64,000 nucleotides of DNA from an uncultured Candidatus Saccharibacteria bacterium (GTDB taxonomy: Bacteria > Patescibacteriota > Minisyncoccia > UBA6257 > JAGOQP01): NCBI GenBank assembly GCA_964420205.1, contig CAYQSO010000002.1:7765-71764 (forward strand), written 5' to 3'. This document shows positions 17,244 to 26,796 of the stretch, one piece after another. Position 1 is the first letter of the stretch. Every line of letters begins with the position of its first letter. A model generated the notes under the pieces. That model saw nothing but the letters and a program-made list of their open reading frames with translations. It was not told the origin of the DNA and did not search any database. A program made the translations under genes and the position numbers.

Positions 17244-18489
17244 AACTATTTCCTACTAATAATTGACCACATTTATCACAACGGTATTTCTCATACTCTT
17301 TTAATTTAACATCTGTATCAAATATTTTTTTATCTAGTATATTTTCATTTCTAGTACAACTCTCTATATCCGACTCAATCTCTTCTACCAATTTTATACT
17401 CTTTACTACTTCTATATATTTGTCACTAATTGTTTCTACTAAATCTATTTTATCTTGTTGCTTTACTATTTTACAATAATTACTTAGAGATTTCAACTCA
17501 CCTAAAGCGTTTTTTAAAAGAATATATTTATTCAGTATTTTTAAAGATATTTCTTCTATGGGAATTAAGTCTATTTGAAATTGATTCTCTATTTCTTCCA
17601 GTTCTATTAAAGCACTTAAAATCTTCCCGTACTCAATTAAACTATCAAAAGAAATTATCTCTTCTTTATTTTCTCCCCCTATTATTTTACAGTAGTAGTA
17701 TATCTCTTTGAGTTCTCTTAAACTCTTTACAACCTCAACATACTCATTTAGTATATCGTAAGGCCTTACTTCTACTTCAGTAGTATCCTCGATAATATTT
17801 AGATAATTAACTGTCTCTTCTACTGCTTCTATACTAATAGAAACCTTAGAAAAGTCCTTATTTAATTTAATAAGATTATCTCGTACTCTTTCTAAATTTT
17901 CTTTTTTAACACTCTTCTGTAAGTCTTCTATTAAAATAATTTTATCTTTATTTCTCTGAAACTCTATTTCTTTCTCTTTTATCTCAGAAGAAAGTAAATC
18001 TTCTTCCTGTTTATAGGCTTGAAAAATCTTAGCACTATCTGAAACAGAAAATATATTTTCAAATAATTTAAACAACTCCGAGTTTGTTAGCCCGTAAGGA
18101 AATAGTATTTCTTTTATTCCTTCTATATTATAACACTTATTCTTATTCCCGTCATAAGTAAAACCAGTATCTTGTAGTAACTTAAATAGATTAGAGTTCC
18201 CTACTTTCTTATACTCCTCACCATTAATTATATACATAGATTCTTTCTTAGTACGTACCCATGTAATATCATTACCATTATATAGCATACGTACTTTTGC
18301 ACAATCTGTTCCAATTCTTATTTTATTTTGAGACCCCGATGGATTAAGTAAAAGATATTTTAACGCCCTAAAAATTGCAGACTTACCATTCCTACTTTCA
18401 CCTGTTATAAGAGTTAACCCTTTATTAAAAACAATATGTTCTTTTTTAATAATCTCAAAATTTTCTATAAATAATTCTAATTTATTCAT
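17236..18489 (-). CDS. SbcC/Rad50-like ATPase, N-terminal lobe with coiled coil (T4 gp46-like N-half)
   Basis: Walker A GLTLITGESRNGKSAIFRALKY at the N-terminus, then about 300 aa of coiled coil ending in CDKCGQLLVGNSC. Confidence 0.65.
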   Translation of the reverse strand: MNKLELFIENFEIIKKEHIVFNKGLTLITGESRNGKSAIFRALKYLLLNPSGSQNKIRIGTDCAKVRMLYNGNDITWVRTKKESMYIINGEEYKKVGNSNLFKLLQDTGFTYDGNKNKCYNIEGIKEILFPYGLTNSELFKLFENIFSVSDSAKIFQAYKQEEDLLSSEIKEKEIEFQRNKDKIILIEDLQKSVKKENLERVRDNLIKLNKDFSKVSISIEAVEETVNYLNIIEDTTEVEVRPYDILNEYVEVVKSLRELKEIYYYCKIIGGENKEEIISFDSLIEYGKILSALIELEEIENQFQIDLIPIEEISLKILNKYILLKNALGELKSLSNYCKIVKQQDKIDLVETISDKYIEVVKSIKLVEEIESDIESCTRNENILDKKIFDTDVKLKEYEKYRCDKCGQLLVGNSCE

Positions 18490-18506
18490 TAACTAGATCT
18501 TCCAAT

Positions 18507-18650
18507 TCTTTATACATCTTATCTATATTCATCTTTTTCTTCTTGTGTCTGAATATACTCTTCCACATCTACTGAAATAGAACCGTCTTCATTTTCTACA
18601 GCAATGAAATATACTGCTTGCCCATCTTTTAGTAAATTTTTTCTACTCAT
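18507..18650 (-). CDS. hypothetical small acidic protein (not in ORF track)
   Basis: Manual translation: MSRKNLLKDGQAVYFIAVENEDGSISVDVEEYIQTQEEKDEYR (about 47 aa). Confidence 0.2.
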
Positions 18651-18695
18651 TTCATATAGTAATTATACTATAATCTTCTAAAAAATACAATAGTT

Positions 18696-18729
18696 CAAAA
18701 TAAAAAAACTAGTAGAGATTTTCTACTAG
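18696..18729 (-). terminator. rho-independent terminator on minus strand
   Basis: Hairpin ctagtaga-gattt-tctactag (18709..18729), followed on the minus strand by TTTTTTTATTTTG. Confidence 0.5.
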
Positions 18730-18761
18730 TAAAGAGAAGGATAAACGTACAAAACAATTTC

Positions 18762-19937
18762 CTAGTCTTCTTCGTCCTCATATTCGTCATTATTATCGTC
18801 TTCAACTTCCTGGCTACTTAAAACAAGCTTATATTGGTCTCTTTCCTTTAAAAAACTTATTAACTCTCCTCTATTTTCATGCACAAACACATTTAACTCA
18901 CGTAAAGTTAACTTTTCTTTTGCACTTTTTACAGGGAGTTCATCGCTTAATAAATAAATATTACTTTTTTTAGTGGGTTTATAAATATAACCAATCCCTT
19001 CTAGCATTCTTCTCAAAATATGCCAGTTATGAATATTCTTACCATAATGTACCAACGTACTCACATCAGGAAGTCTAAAAAATCTGTTCTTACAGGTCTT
19101 ACCTTTTGTACTAAGAGTAAGAATATATTTTTCAGTTATAGTTTCCTCACCAAAGCAAGTCTGTACCTTAACTTTTTTAATTTCTTTATCACTTACTCTC
19201 TTAGACAACTTACTAATAATACTTGCATAATGAACATCTGCCTTTGTTACAGCGTACCTGTCTTTTTCATCAAACAGCCCTGCACCTTGGTTATCTCTTA
19301 CTTGACATATTGATACCAAAGTAATACCTTTAGCCTCTAATTGTGGGACATACTGCTGTAAAAAAACTGAACGTGATTTAGCATTTAATCCAAAATTATT
19401 TTTTTCACAATTATTATCTAATAAGGTAGCTGAAATAACAGATGATATACTATCAATTACTATAAACTTAATATCTTTAAGCCTTGTTGGTGGTTTAGAT
19501 GATAATAATTTCTTAAAAAAATCTCCTAAATATTCGTAAGTTAAACTTCCCCCCCTATAAAGTAAATCCCCTGAATTTATAAAATCAGATACCTTCTCAT
19601 CAGGGTCATCAGAAAACCTTATTGTATTTAAAAGACCTTTAGACCCCTCTATATCAAAATACGCTACCTTATATGGTACTTTAATTGCTTTATGCCTTTT
19701 TATTAGCCTTGCACTACAATCAAGCATAAGAGTTGATTTTCCTACACTTGGAGGGGAATAAAAAAGTAAATACCCACCTTGTGGGATACCTAAACCATTA
19801 GTCAACCCTAAGTCAATTAGCATATTTCCTGTTTCTATAAAAGACATTTCAGTCTCTTCTGATGATGTTAAAAAATCTTCTAAAAACGCATTAGCAGTCT
19901 TTTTAGTCGTAGTTTCTTTTCCTTCATTATCTATCAT
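18762..19937 (-). CDS. RecA-superfamily recombinase (UvsX-like)
   Basis: 391 aa (same length as T4 UvsX); Walker A LLFYSPPSVGKSTLML, YFDIEG, FIVIDSISS (Walker B region) and an acidic C-terminal tail. Confidence 0.65.
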   Translation of the reverse strand: MIDNEGKETTTKKTANAFLEDFLTSSEETEMSFIETGNMLIDLGLTNGLGIPQGGYLLFYSPPSVGKSTLMLDCSARLIKRHKAIKVPYKVAYFDIEGSKGLLNTIRFSDDPDEKVSDFINSGDLLYRGGSLTYEYLGDFFKKLLSSKPPTRLKDIKFIVIDSISSVISATLLDNNCEKNNFGLNAKSRSVFLQQYVPQLEAKGITLVSICQVRDNQGAGLFDEKDRYAVTKADVHYASIISKLSKRVSDKEIKKVKVQTCFGEETITEKYILTLSTKGKTCKNRFFRLPDVSTLVHYGKNIHNWHILRRMLEGIGYIYKPTKKSNIYLLSDELPVKSAKEKLTLRELNVFVHENRGELISFLKERDQYKLVLSSQEVEDDNNDEYEDEED

Positions 19938-20063
19938 ATTATATATTATCCTTTATTTATTAACTATCTATATTTTCTATTAAAGTACCTTTATTAACTA
20001 CCAACAATATCGAAATTTAACTTAACTGAAAATATGGTCGAATTTACATTTCCCATAATTTCT

Positions 20064-20579
20064 CTAAAGTACTGTCTGGTATTGTATTAACCCGTATAAA
20101 CTTAAAAGGAGTGACTCTGATAAGTCTACGTGTTTATTTCTATTAGATTTTTGAAATTTCAATAACCCTATTCCAAACTCTTTTAAAAAAGCTTCAAATA
20201 TTTCGTTTGCTTTTAAAACGGACAATTCTTTATCCCCAGAAAGACCAAAATAACTCTTCCACTCTTCTGGTGTAGGATTATAAAACTCTACAGGATTTAA
20301 ATAAGAACACTGTCCTCTATGAATTCCACAAGAATCCCCAAAAATAAACGCTGTGTAATGACTTTCACCATATTTTGTAAATACTTTTTCTATTGAATAA
20401 ATAATTTCATATTTACCATTTACATAAGGTGTATATATTTCTCGTAACTTAGTAAAATCTGTCCACTTAAACTCTTTAAAAGCTTTTTCATACTTCCCTG
20501 TTTCTTTGTTTAAGACAAGTTTTTTTCTCTTTAATGAACTGCTTTTTGTAGTATAATAAGGTGCTGTTCTTAACTCCAA
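20064..20579 (-). CDS. hypothetical protein
   Basis: 171 aa; the FIFGDSCGIHRGQCSY segment is not assignable to a family. Confidence 0.3.
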   Translation of the reverse strand: MELRTAPYYTTKSSSLKRKKLVLNKETGKYEKAFKEFKWTDFTKLREIYTPYVNGKYEIIYSIEKVFTKYGESHYTAFIFGDSCGIHRGQCSYLNPVEFYNPTPEEWKSYFGLSGDKELSVLKANEIFEAFLKEFGIGLLKFQKSNRNKHVDLSESLLLSLYGLIQYQTVL

Positions 20580-20705
20580 TATCTTAAGGTCTTCTGTTAT
20601 TACCGAAATTCCCCCGCCTGATGCGCCTAACCAGGGTCCACTCCTATTGACAATAGTTTAGACACCTATAAATCACCTCTCTTTAATTATTTCTTAAACT
20701 ATTTA

Positions 20706-21839
20706 TTAATCATCTATTCCCATGAAATCTTCTTCACCATCATTATCAAATTCAAAGTCTTCTTCAGAAAAAGAATCATCTATTTCTATTTCACCTTTTT
20801 GAACTATTGAAGTAGATTTAACAACTTTTTGTTCAACTGATTTTACTTCTTCCTCTTCAATATCAAACGGAATATCTTCTTCTACTACTTGATTAGCCTC
20901 TTCTTGATCTTGTTTTTGTTTAGACTCTTTATAAGCTTTTATATTTTCTGCTCTTTCTTCATCACCTATAATATACTGGTTAAGCTCTTCAGGCGTCCAA
21001 GACATTGTAAAACTAGGTTCTTCTTTCTCCATAAGAGTAAGAAACTCTGTAACTTCTTCTCTAAACTCTTCAAGACCTTTTTCTTTTTCCCAATTCACTA
21101 TTTTTCTTCTGTCGCCAGATACTTTTGCAATAGCTTGCGCTGAAAACGGAATGAAAGAAAACTTAAGTAAATATTTTGCACTTGACTCTGAATCTGTCAC
21201 ATCAACCCTTACTACTACTTTTGAAAGGTATTTAGTAAGAACATCAAGTAACTCCTCATCTTCTAAAGAAGGGTCTATTATACTCTCCCCAGTATTGTCA
21301 TCTGCTTTTTTAAGTCTAGTTGCCAAACCCCCTAAAATATCTTGCCCCCATTGTTTTTTCGAGAATTCAAAGAAACAAAACTGACTTCCATCAAACTTAA
21401 GATGAGTCGCTTCATAAGCTTGGATTTTAGGATCTGTTAAACAATGTGCTAATTGAAGAGCAGGTAAATGATAAATTGGTTTTGCATAATCAATTAATCT
21501 TTTATCAGAATCTTTTCTTTCTGGGAGACGTTCTTTGTCGTGTTCATACAAATTACAACATATTGCAGGTTCTTCCAACCTATTGCCTTCCTCATCAAAT
21601 GAAGCGCACCTAATTTTAGGGTATGGGTTGTTTTTAAATTTTACTCTATCTGACTTTTTCTTTACACTATGTACCATAGATGAATAAGTATTTTCCTGTG
21701 GTCTAAGAAAAATAAAATATCTAGTAGCTCCTATTGTTTTTTCACTGATATCAGCTACTCTTCTAAAATTAAACTCACTACTAAAATACGTTTTTGGTTG
21801 AGCGTCTTCTGCTGCTTTTTTTAAACTAATTTTTGCCAT
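20706..21839 (-). CDS. possible gp32-like single-stranded DNA-binding protein
   Basis: His/Cys cluster H...C...CC..H resembling the gp32 zinc site (VHSVKK...KIRCASF...AICCNLYEH) and a long acidic C-terminal tail ending DDSFSEEDFEFDNDGEEDFMGIDD. Adjacent to the UvsX-like gene. Confidence 0.35.
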   Translation of the reverse strand: MAKISLKKAAEDAQPKTYFSSEFNFRRVADISEKTIGATRYFIFLRPQENTYSSMVHSVKKKSDRVKFKNNPYPKIRCASFDEEGNRLEEPAICCNLYEHDKERLPERKDSDKRLIDYAKPIYHLPALQLAHCLTDPKIQAYEATHLKFDGSQFCFFEFSKKQWGQDILGGLATRLKKADDNTGESIIDPSLEDEELLDVLTKYLSKVVVRVDVTDSESSAKYLLKFSFIPFSAQAIAKVSGDRRKIVNWEKEKGLEEFREEVTEFLTLMEKEEPSFTMSWTPEELNQYIIGDEERAENIKAYKESKQKQDQEEANQVVEEDIPFDIEEEEVKSVEQKVVKSTSIVQKGEIEIDDSFSEEDFEFDNDGEEDFMGIDD

Positions 21840-21936
21840 CGAAAAATTTCTCCTTTTAAATTTTTTCTTCTACTTAACTAATTATTAAAATACACTTTAA
21901 TAAATCTATAATTCCACTAACTTTTAAAAATACATT

Positions 21937-22425
21937 CTAATTTTCCATATTTTTATGAAGCTGTATTTTACTCTGTACTACTTTTTCTTCTAACTGAAGA
22001 TTAAGAGTTTTTAAAATAGATACCCATGTAATTTTTTCACTTTTAAAATTTTCTAACTTCTCATACAGGGGTTTTTTAATTTCATGAAACTGACTATTTC
22101 TATGACTAGACGAAAAATCAGAACTAGTTATATTTATTAACTGTGTGATTAATACAGATAAATTAGAAAGAATTTCTTGTACTGTGTCTATTTTCTTAGT
22201 TAAAGATATACTATCTAATACTTCAAATTCTGTTACTAGTAATAAATACCTCTTCTCATAACTAGATAATACTCTTCTTAAAAGAATCTGAGTATCTTCA
22301 AACTCTACTTCTTTCTCTCTATATTTATCTATTTTATCAACTAAATCTCTTAATCTTTTTACTACATAATCCGGTTTTTCATCGAAAAGATTACATACAT
22401 AATTTTTAATATAAATTAAATCCAC
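21937..22425 (-). CDS. hypothetical protein
   Basis: 162-aa ORF with no motif. Confidence 0.3.
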   Translation of the reverse strand: MDLIYIKNYVCNLFDEKPDYVVKRLRDLVDKIDKYREKEVEFEDTQILLRRVLSSYEKRYLLLVTEFEVLDSISLTKKIDTVQEILSNLSVLITQLINITSSDFSSSHRNSQFHEIKKPLYEKLENFKSEKITWVSILKTLNLQLEEKVVQSKIQLHKNMEN

Positions 22426-23156
22426 TATCTATTTCTCTCTAACTGTTTTTCTAATTTTTTATTTTTATTTTTAAGTCTGTTTATCTCTAATCTCATTTCA
22501 TAAATCTTATTTTTATAAACTTGTGAATCTCCATAACTTCCACTACGAGCTATTTTTCTCTCTGTTAGTATATCTTTATACGGAAAACCTAAATGTTTTG
22601 CTTTATTTATAACACGCTGTTTATCAACTCCTAAAACAGATACTAAATCTTCTAGGGTTCTTCCGTTACTTAAATATTCTATAATAATTTTTTCCTGTTC
22701 TTCTGTCCAATTTATATAGGTATTATTTCTTTTAACAAAACCGTGTTTATAAGAATAATTGATTACAGAATTTATAGGTTTGTTTAAAATCTCAGCAATT
22801 TCGTGAACCATAAACCCGTCTTCTTTTAAAAGCTTAAGCTGTTGCAATTCTTCGTCAGACCAAATATCTCTATGTTCTCTAACAGATATTCCTATGTAAT
22901 TCCTTCTATATAAAATACTACTATAAGATCTATTAGGTAGAAGCTTCATTAGATAAAATGGGGTTCGTTTACTATTGGTTTTTAATATAGTGTCTTCCTC
23001 TTCAGTCCACCTTTTAGAAGAGCCTTTTCTATATAGTAGTTTTATTTTTTCTATTATCTGATCTTCAGATTTATTAGGGAAAACTCTTTTAAGCCCTACT
23101 AAAGCTTTATCCATATTTTCTTTTAAAAGACTAGTTTCTTCTTTTGTCCACTTCAT
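22425..23156 (-). CDS. DNA-binding protein with three Myb/SANT-like (W-x-EE) HTH repeats
   Basis: KWTKEETSLLKENMDK, RWTEEEDTILKTNSK and NWTEEQEKIIIEY, each followed by helix-turn-helix-like segments; basic coiled-coil C-terminus. Confidence 0.45.
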   Translation of the reverse strand: MKWTKEETSLLKENMDKALVGLKRVFPNKSEDQIIEKIKLLYRKGSSKRWTEEEDTILKTNSKRTPFYLMKLLPNRSYSSILYRRNYIGISVREHRDIWSDEELQQLKLLKEDGFMVHEIAEILNKPINSVINYSYKHGFVKRNNTYINWTEEQEKIIIEYLSNGRTLEDLVSVLGVDKQRVINKAKHLGFPYKDILTERKIARSGSYGDSQVYKNKIYEMRLEINRLKNKNKKLEKQLERNR

Positions 23157-24090
23157 TACTAATACTTTCTTCTGCTATTTTTATAAACTCATTATTTAGT
23201 TCTATACCAACGTATCTTCTATTATGTTTAATAGCATTAGCTGCTACTGTTCCACCACCCATAAATGGGTCTAATACAATCCCGTTTTCTGGACATCCAG
23301 ACAATATCATTGGTTCTACTAGCTTATCTGGAAACTGTGCAAAATGATTATTTTTTCTCGGTTGAGTATTAATACTCCATACAGTTCTCTTATTTCTACC
23401 ACCTTTGTTATAGTAGTCTCTATCCCCTTCAGAAAATCTATTTATACCCCCCATTCCATTATTACAATTTTGTTTTGATTTGTCAATAGGTTTTTGTTTT
23501 TTACTTTCATAAGGTTCTAATATTTGATTAAAATAGTACTTTTTATTTTTAGTAAAAAAGTAGAGATACTCATGAGAGCGAGTAAATCTATCTTTTACTG
23601 ACTCAGGAAGACAATTTGGTTTTTCCCATATTATATCATTTCTAAGTAAAAATCCTAATTCGTCTACCATTCTAATAGCAAATCTCTGTGGAATTTGTAT
23701 AAGAGATTTCTTGGGATAGTCTTTTAAATTATTCTTAGAAACTTCTTGCCCATTTCTACCTTCTTTGTACTTAGAATCTCTGTAACTACCTTTACTCCCT
23801 GTCCCATTAAAACTATCTGATATGTTTACAAAAAGAATTCCTTCATCTTTTAGGACTCTCTTAACCTCTTTAAAAATACATATTAAGTGGGCTATGTACA
23901 TATTGAAATGCGGTTCTTGTCCCAATTCACCTACCCAACCATCTGGCCATTCTACTGGATTTGTTTTGTAGTTCCTTAAAGCATAATACGGTGGTGACGT
24001 AATAACACTATCAACACTATTAGAAGGTATATTTTTTAATACTTCTAAAGAATGTCCTTGATATATGTGATTTATTTTTAATTCTTTCAT
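23131..24090 (-). CDS. DNA methyltransferase, beta-class (N6-adenine or N4-cytosine)
   Basis: Motif IV VITSPPYY precedes motif I LDPFMGGGTVAANA (circularly permuted beta-class order). Confidence 0.8.
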   Translation of the reverse strand: MKELKINHIYQGHSLEVLKNIPSNSVDSVITSPPYYALRNYKTNPVEWPDGWVGELGQEPHFNMYIAHLICIFKEVKRVLKDEGILFVNISDSFNGTGSKGSYRDSKYKEGRNGQEVSKNNLKDYPKKSLIQIPQRFAIRMVDELGFLLRNDIIWEKPNCLPESVKDRFTRSHEYLYFFTKNKKYYFNQILEPYESKKQKPIDKSKQNCNNGMGGINRFSEGDRDYYNKGGRNKRTVWSINTQPRKNNHFAQFPDKLVEPMILSGCPENGIVLDPFMGGGTVAANAIKHNRRYVGIELNNEFIKIAEESISNEVDKRRN

Positions 24091-24102
24091 TGTATAAAAA
24101 CC

Positions 24103-24474
24103 TTAATATAATTCGTCTGATTGTACAGGGGACTGCTTTATAAAATCAAAAATTACCGTAGACGGTGTATTCCAACTCACCAATTCTTTCTTTCCTGTAC
24201 CACCATCATATTTTCCATGTAAATAATCTTTATTATTCTCTGAAACATCCCAACATATCTTATCTATATAATGTACCCCGAACCACTCCATTCTGTTACC
24301 TATTTGCATCCTATAACCAGATTTCCAAATCTTCTCAGCGTGTTCTCTTGCTTTAAATTCATTTTCTATTTCATACTGGCCTACGCTTCCATTTGTAAGA
24401 TAAATATAAATTTTCATAACTACTTCCCTCTCACAGTAATTAGTGTTTGTAACTCTTCTCTTGTTTTTACACAT
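24103..24474 (-). CDS. hypothetical protein
   Basis: 123-aa ORF with a probable internal start at MKIYIYL. Confidence 0.3.
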   Translation of the reverse strand: MCKNKRRVTNTNYCEREVVMKIYIYLTNGSVGQYEIENEFKAREHAEKIWKSGYRMQIGNRMEWFGVHYIDKICWDVSENNKDYLHGKYDGGTGKKELVSWNTPSTVIFDFIKQSPVQSDELY

Positions 24475-25940
24475 TTATTCGGAGTTTTATCGTGCTTAAA
24501 TTGTAACCCTTCTCCGTAAAGTACTGCATGATTAAATTTCAATTCTTTATGACTCAAAGAACGCCCATTTATAGCAAGAACTTTACCTAAATATTCCTTT
24601 TTAATAATAATTTTACCATCAAAATCTACCTCACTTAAAAGGTATTTATCTTCATGTCTTAACCCTGATATATTACCTATTATGTGTTCTGTAAATTCTC
24701 CATCATCTTCTTTAATATAAATAGATACTGTTAGAGCTGCAAATAATCCTTTTTCTTTAAAATCTTTACTTTTAGGTTGGGTGCATCCAGAAATAAAAGC
24801 ATCAAAATCTTCTACTTCTCCAGTATTATCTAACATATGGGAAATACTAGTTTTTATTTTATACATTGCTCTATGAGACCTATTATCTGTTGCAAAATAC
24901 GGTGCTTCTAATAACTTTATTATACTCCCTTCTAAACCATTTCGTATCATCTCATCAGCAAATGCAACTTTATCTCCATCATCTGATTGAATATGGTCAA
25001 ACGGTAACCCCTGCCCCTTTAAAAAATTAATTATATTGTTTCTTAGTTTTCTTCTCTTTTTAAAAGCCCAATGTCTTATATCACCTTCTAAAGAATCTTT
25101 TAAACCATATAAATAGGCATATAAAGATTTTCCCGGAGACTTCTCCCAACCTTTCTTACCTTTTTTACCATGTTCATCTAATAGACAACTAGTTATTAAA
25201 TAAGATTTAAAATTATCTTCAACCCATTTCGCTTCTTCTTGTGTTACTTCTTCTTTTCTAAATTTGTACTCCATTATTTGAGATAATATTTCTTCAATTG
25301 GTTTTGCTTCTTTCTCAAAATAAATACAATCGAAGCCCCTAAAATTTAAAGTCTTTCCTTGTAATTGTAATTCATGCGAACGTTGTGGCAATGACCCTAA
25401 TATAGATTGTAACAAATCTTCTACTGAAAGATATTCAACCCCGTCTGCTATAAGACTTGATTCTGTCATAGCTCCACAATCTAATACAAATCTATACGGG
25501 AAAACACCTTTATAATCTTCCGGTCTTCGTACTATTCCGTTTTTTATAAGCAAAACATTAGGGGTAAAATTATTAAATAGATACGTACCTACTACCTGAT
25601 TCCTGGAAAAAAACTCAAAACCCTGCTCTGGTGAGTATGAAATTAGCATTCTAAAATCGTCGCACTTGAGTTCACTTACCCAATGTTGGGAATCTATTGG
25701 AAGGTAATCTTCTGTATATCTATGTTTGTTATCTTTATAGTGATTCACAAGGCAGGGCGATTCTAGCGCACAGTTACAAAAAAGCTCCCCAAACGTATGA
25801 GTTTCAGGGTTATTTTTTATATAGTCATTTCCTAGTACTTTTATACTATTTATAATAGTTAATTTTATATCGTCTGGTACTTGAATACCTCTTTTTGATA
25901 TTTCTTCATTAAGTGCATCTTTTTTAAAAGACTGTGACAT
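24420..25940 (-). CDS. ATP-dependent polynucleotide ligase (DNA ligase-like)
   Basis: Motif I/Ia ELKCDDFRMLISY...FFSRN (K-x-D-D-x-R with Asp in the Gly position, then SRN), motif III FVLDCGAM, motif IV EGSIIK, motif V AMYKIK; 506 aa. Confidence 0.5.
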   Translation of the reverse strand: MSQSFKKDALNEEISKRGIQVPDDIKLTIINSIKVLGNDYIKNNPETHTFGELFCNCALESPCLVNHYKDNKHRYTEDYLPIDSQHWVSELKCDDFRMLISYSPEQGFEFFSRNQVVGTYLFNNFTPNVLLIKNGIVRRPEDYKGVFPYRFVLDCGAMTESSLIADGVEYLSVEDLLQSILGSLPQRSHELQLQGKTLNFRGFDCIYFEKEAKPIEEILSQIMEYKFRKEEVTQEEAKWVEDNFKSYLITSCLLDEHGKKGKKGWEKSPGKSLYAYLYGLKDSLEGDIRHWAFKKRRKLRNNIINFLKGQGLPFDHIQSDDGDKVAFADEMIRNGLEGSIIKLLEAPYFATDNRSHRAMYKIKTSISHMLDNTGEVEDFDAFISGCTQPKSKDFKEKGLFAALTVSIYIKEDDGEFTEHIIGNISGLRHEDKYLLSEVDFDGKIIIKKEYLGKVLAINGRSLSHKELKFNHAVLYGEGLQFKHDKTPNKCVKTREELQTLITVRGK

Positions 25941-25941
25941 C

Positions 25942-26472
25942 TTACATTATCTCCTTTTTCTCTAAATACTTTTCATATGTTTTTAAAAATAACTCGTGCC
26001 CCCATTCAGAGTTACACAATAATTCTATACATTTTAAAGAGTTATCCTTATAAATATTTTTTCGTGACCCGTTACAAGAAGAACAAGTAACCCAATCGTG
26101 GTCTATGATATTTGGGACAGAATAACCTCCCAATCCCTTGCATTTTACACATCTTTCCTGTTCCTTAATAGCAGGTTCTACTTGATCTAGAATATTTGTT
26201 ATTTCTTTATGTTCTAGTAAATCTTCTAATAATTTATGATGGATATTCGCATAAATTAACCTCTTTATTTCTATTAAACTAGATAACTCCTGTAATATAA
26301 AATCTTTATCTATTACAGTTTCATCTACTATAGGATTCCTTAAAAGACTCTTAAACTCTCCTAAAACTCTTTGTACTTCTGAATATTGGCTGTATGCTTT
26401 TTTCTTTAATTCATCATTATAATACTTTTTACTGGCTTTCTCAAAAACATTTCTTAACTCTATTAAATCCAT
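25942..26472 (-). CDS. hypothetical protein with C-terminal zinc ribbon
   Basis: CVKCKG...CSSCNG motif; 176 aa. Confidence 0.3.
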   Translation of the reverse strand: MDLIELRNVFEKASKKYYNDELKKKAYSQYSEVQRVLGEFKSLLRNPIVDETVIDKDFILQELSSLIEIKRLIYANIHHKLLEDLLEHKEITNILDQVEPAIKEQERCVKCKGLGGYSVPNIIDHDWVTCSSCNGSRKNIYKDNSLKCIELLCNSEWGHELFLKTYEKYLEKKEIM

Positions 26473-26795
26473 TATTCTCTATACCTAGTCCCAGTTTCCT
26501 TATACTCTCTTATTTTAATATTATCTTCTTCTACACAATCACAAGTAACATATATATTATCATCACTACACCAGAAGTATATTTCTTCTGCTATTTCGTC
26601 CCAGTATTCTACTTCATCTTCTTCTATACAAAAAGTATTATGTACTATCTTCTTAAATTTGTCAAACTTTTTATAATACTTTTTTATTTTGAAAGAATTT
26701 AAATGTGTGAACGGAAATACTTGAATCCAATACCCTTTCCCTAATTCATAATACTCTTTAGTTTCATCCTTTATTAAATAATATTCTACACCCAC
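26472..26795 (-). CDS. hypothetical protein
   Basis: 107-aa ORF, tightly coupled. Confidence 0.3.
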   Translation of the reverse strand: MGVEYYLIKDETKEYYELGKGYWIQVFPFTHLNSFKIKKYYKKFDKFKKIVHNTFCIEEDEVEYWDEIAEEIYFWCSDDNIYVTCDCVEEDNIKIREYKETGTRYRE

Positions 26796-26796
26796 G

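Noticed and set aside
20064-20579. Considered calling the 171-aa protein a RuvC/A22-type Holliday junction resolvase
   Set aside because: Only a vague FIFGDSCG acidic/Cys segment; cannot place the catalytic carboxylates by eye, so it is left as hypothetical.
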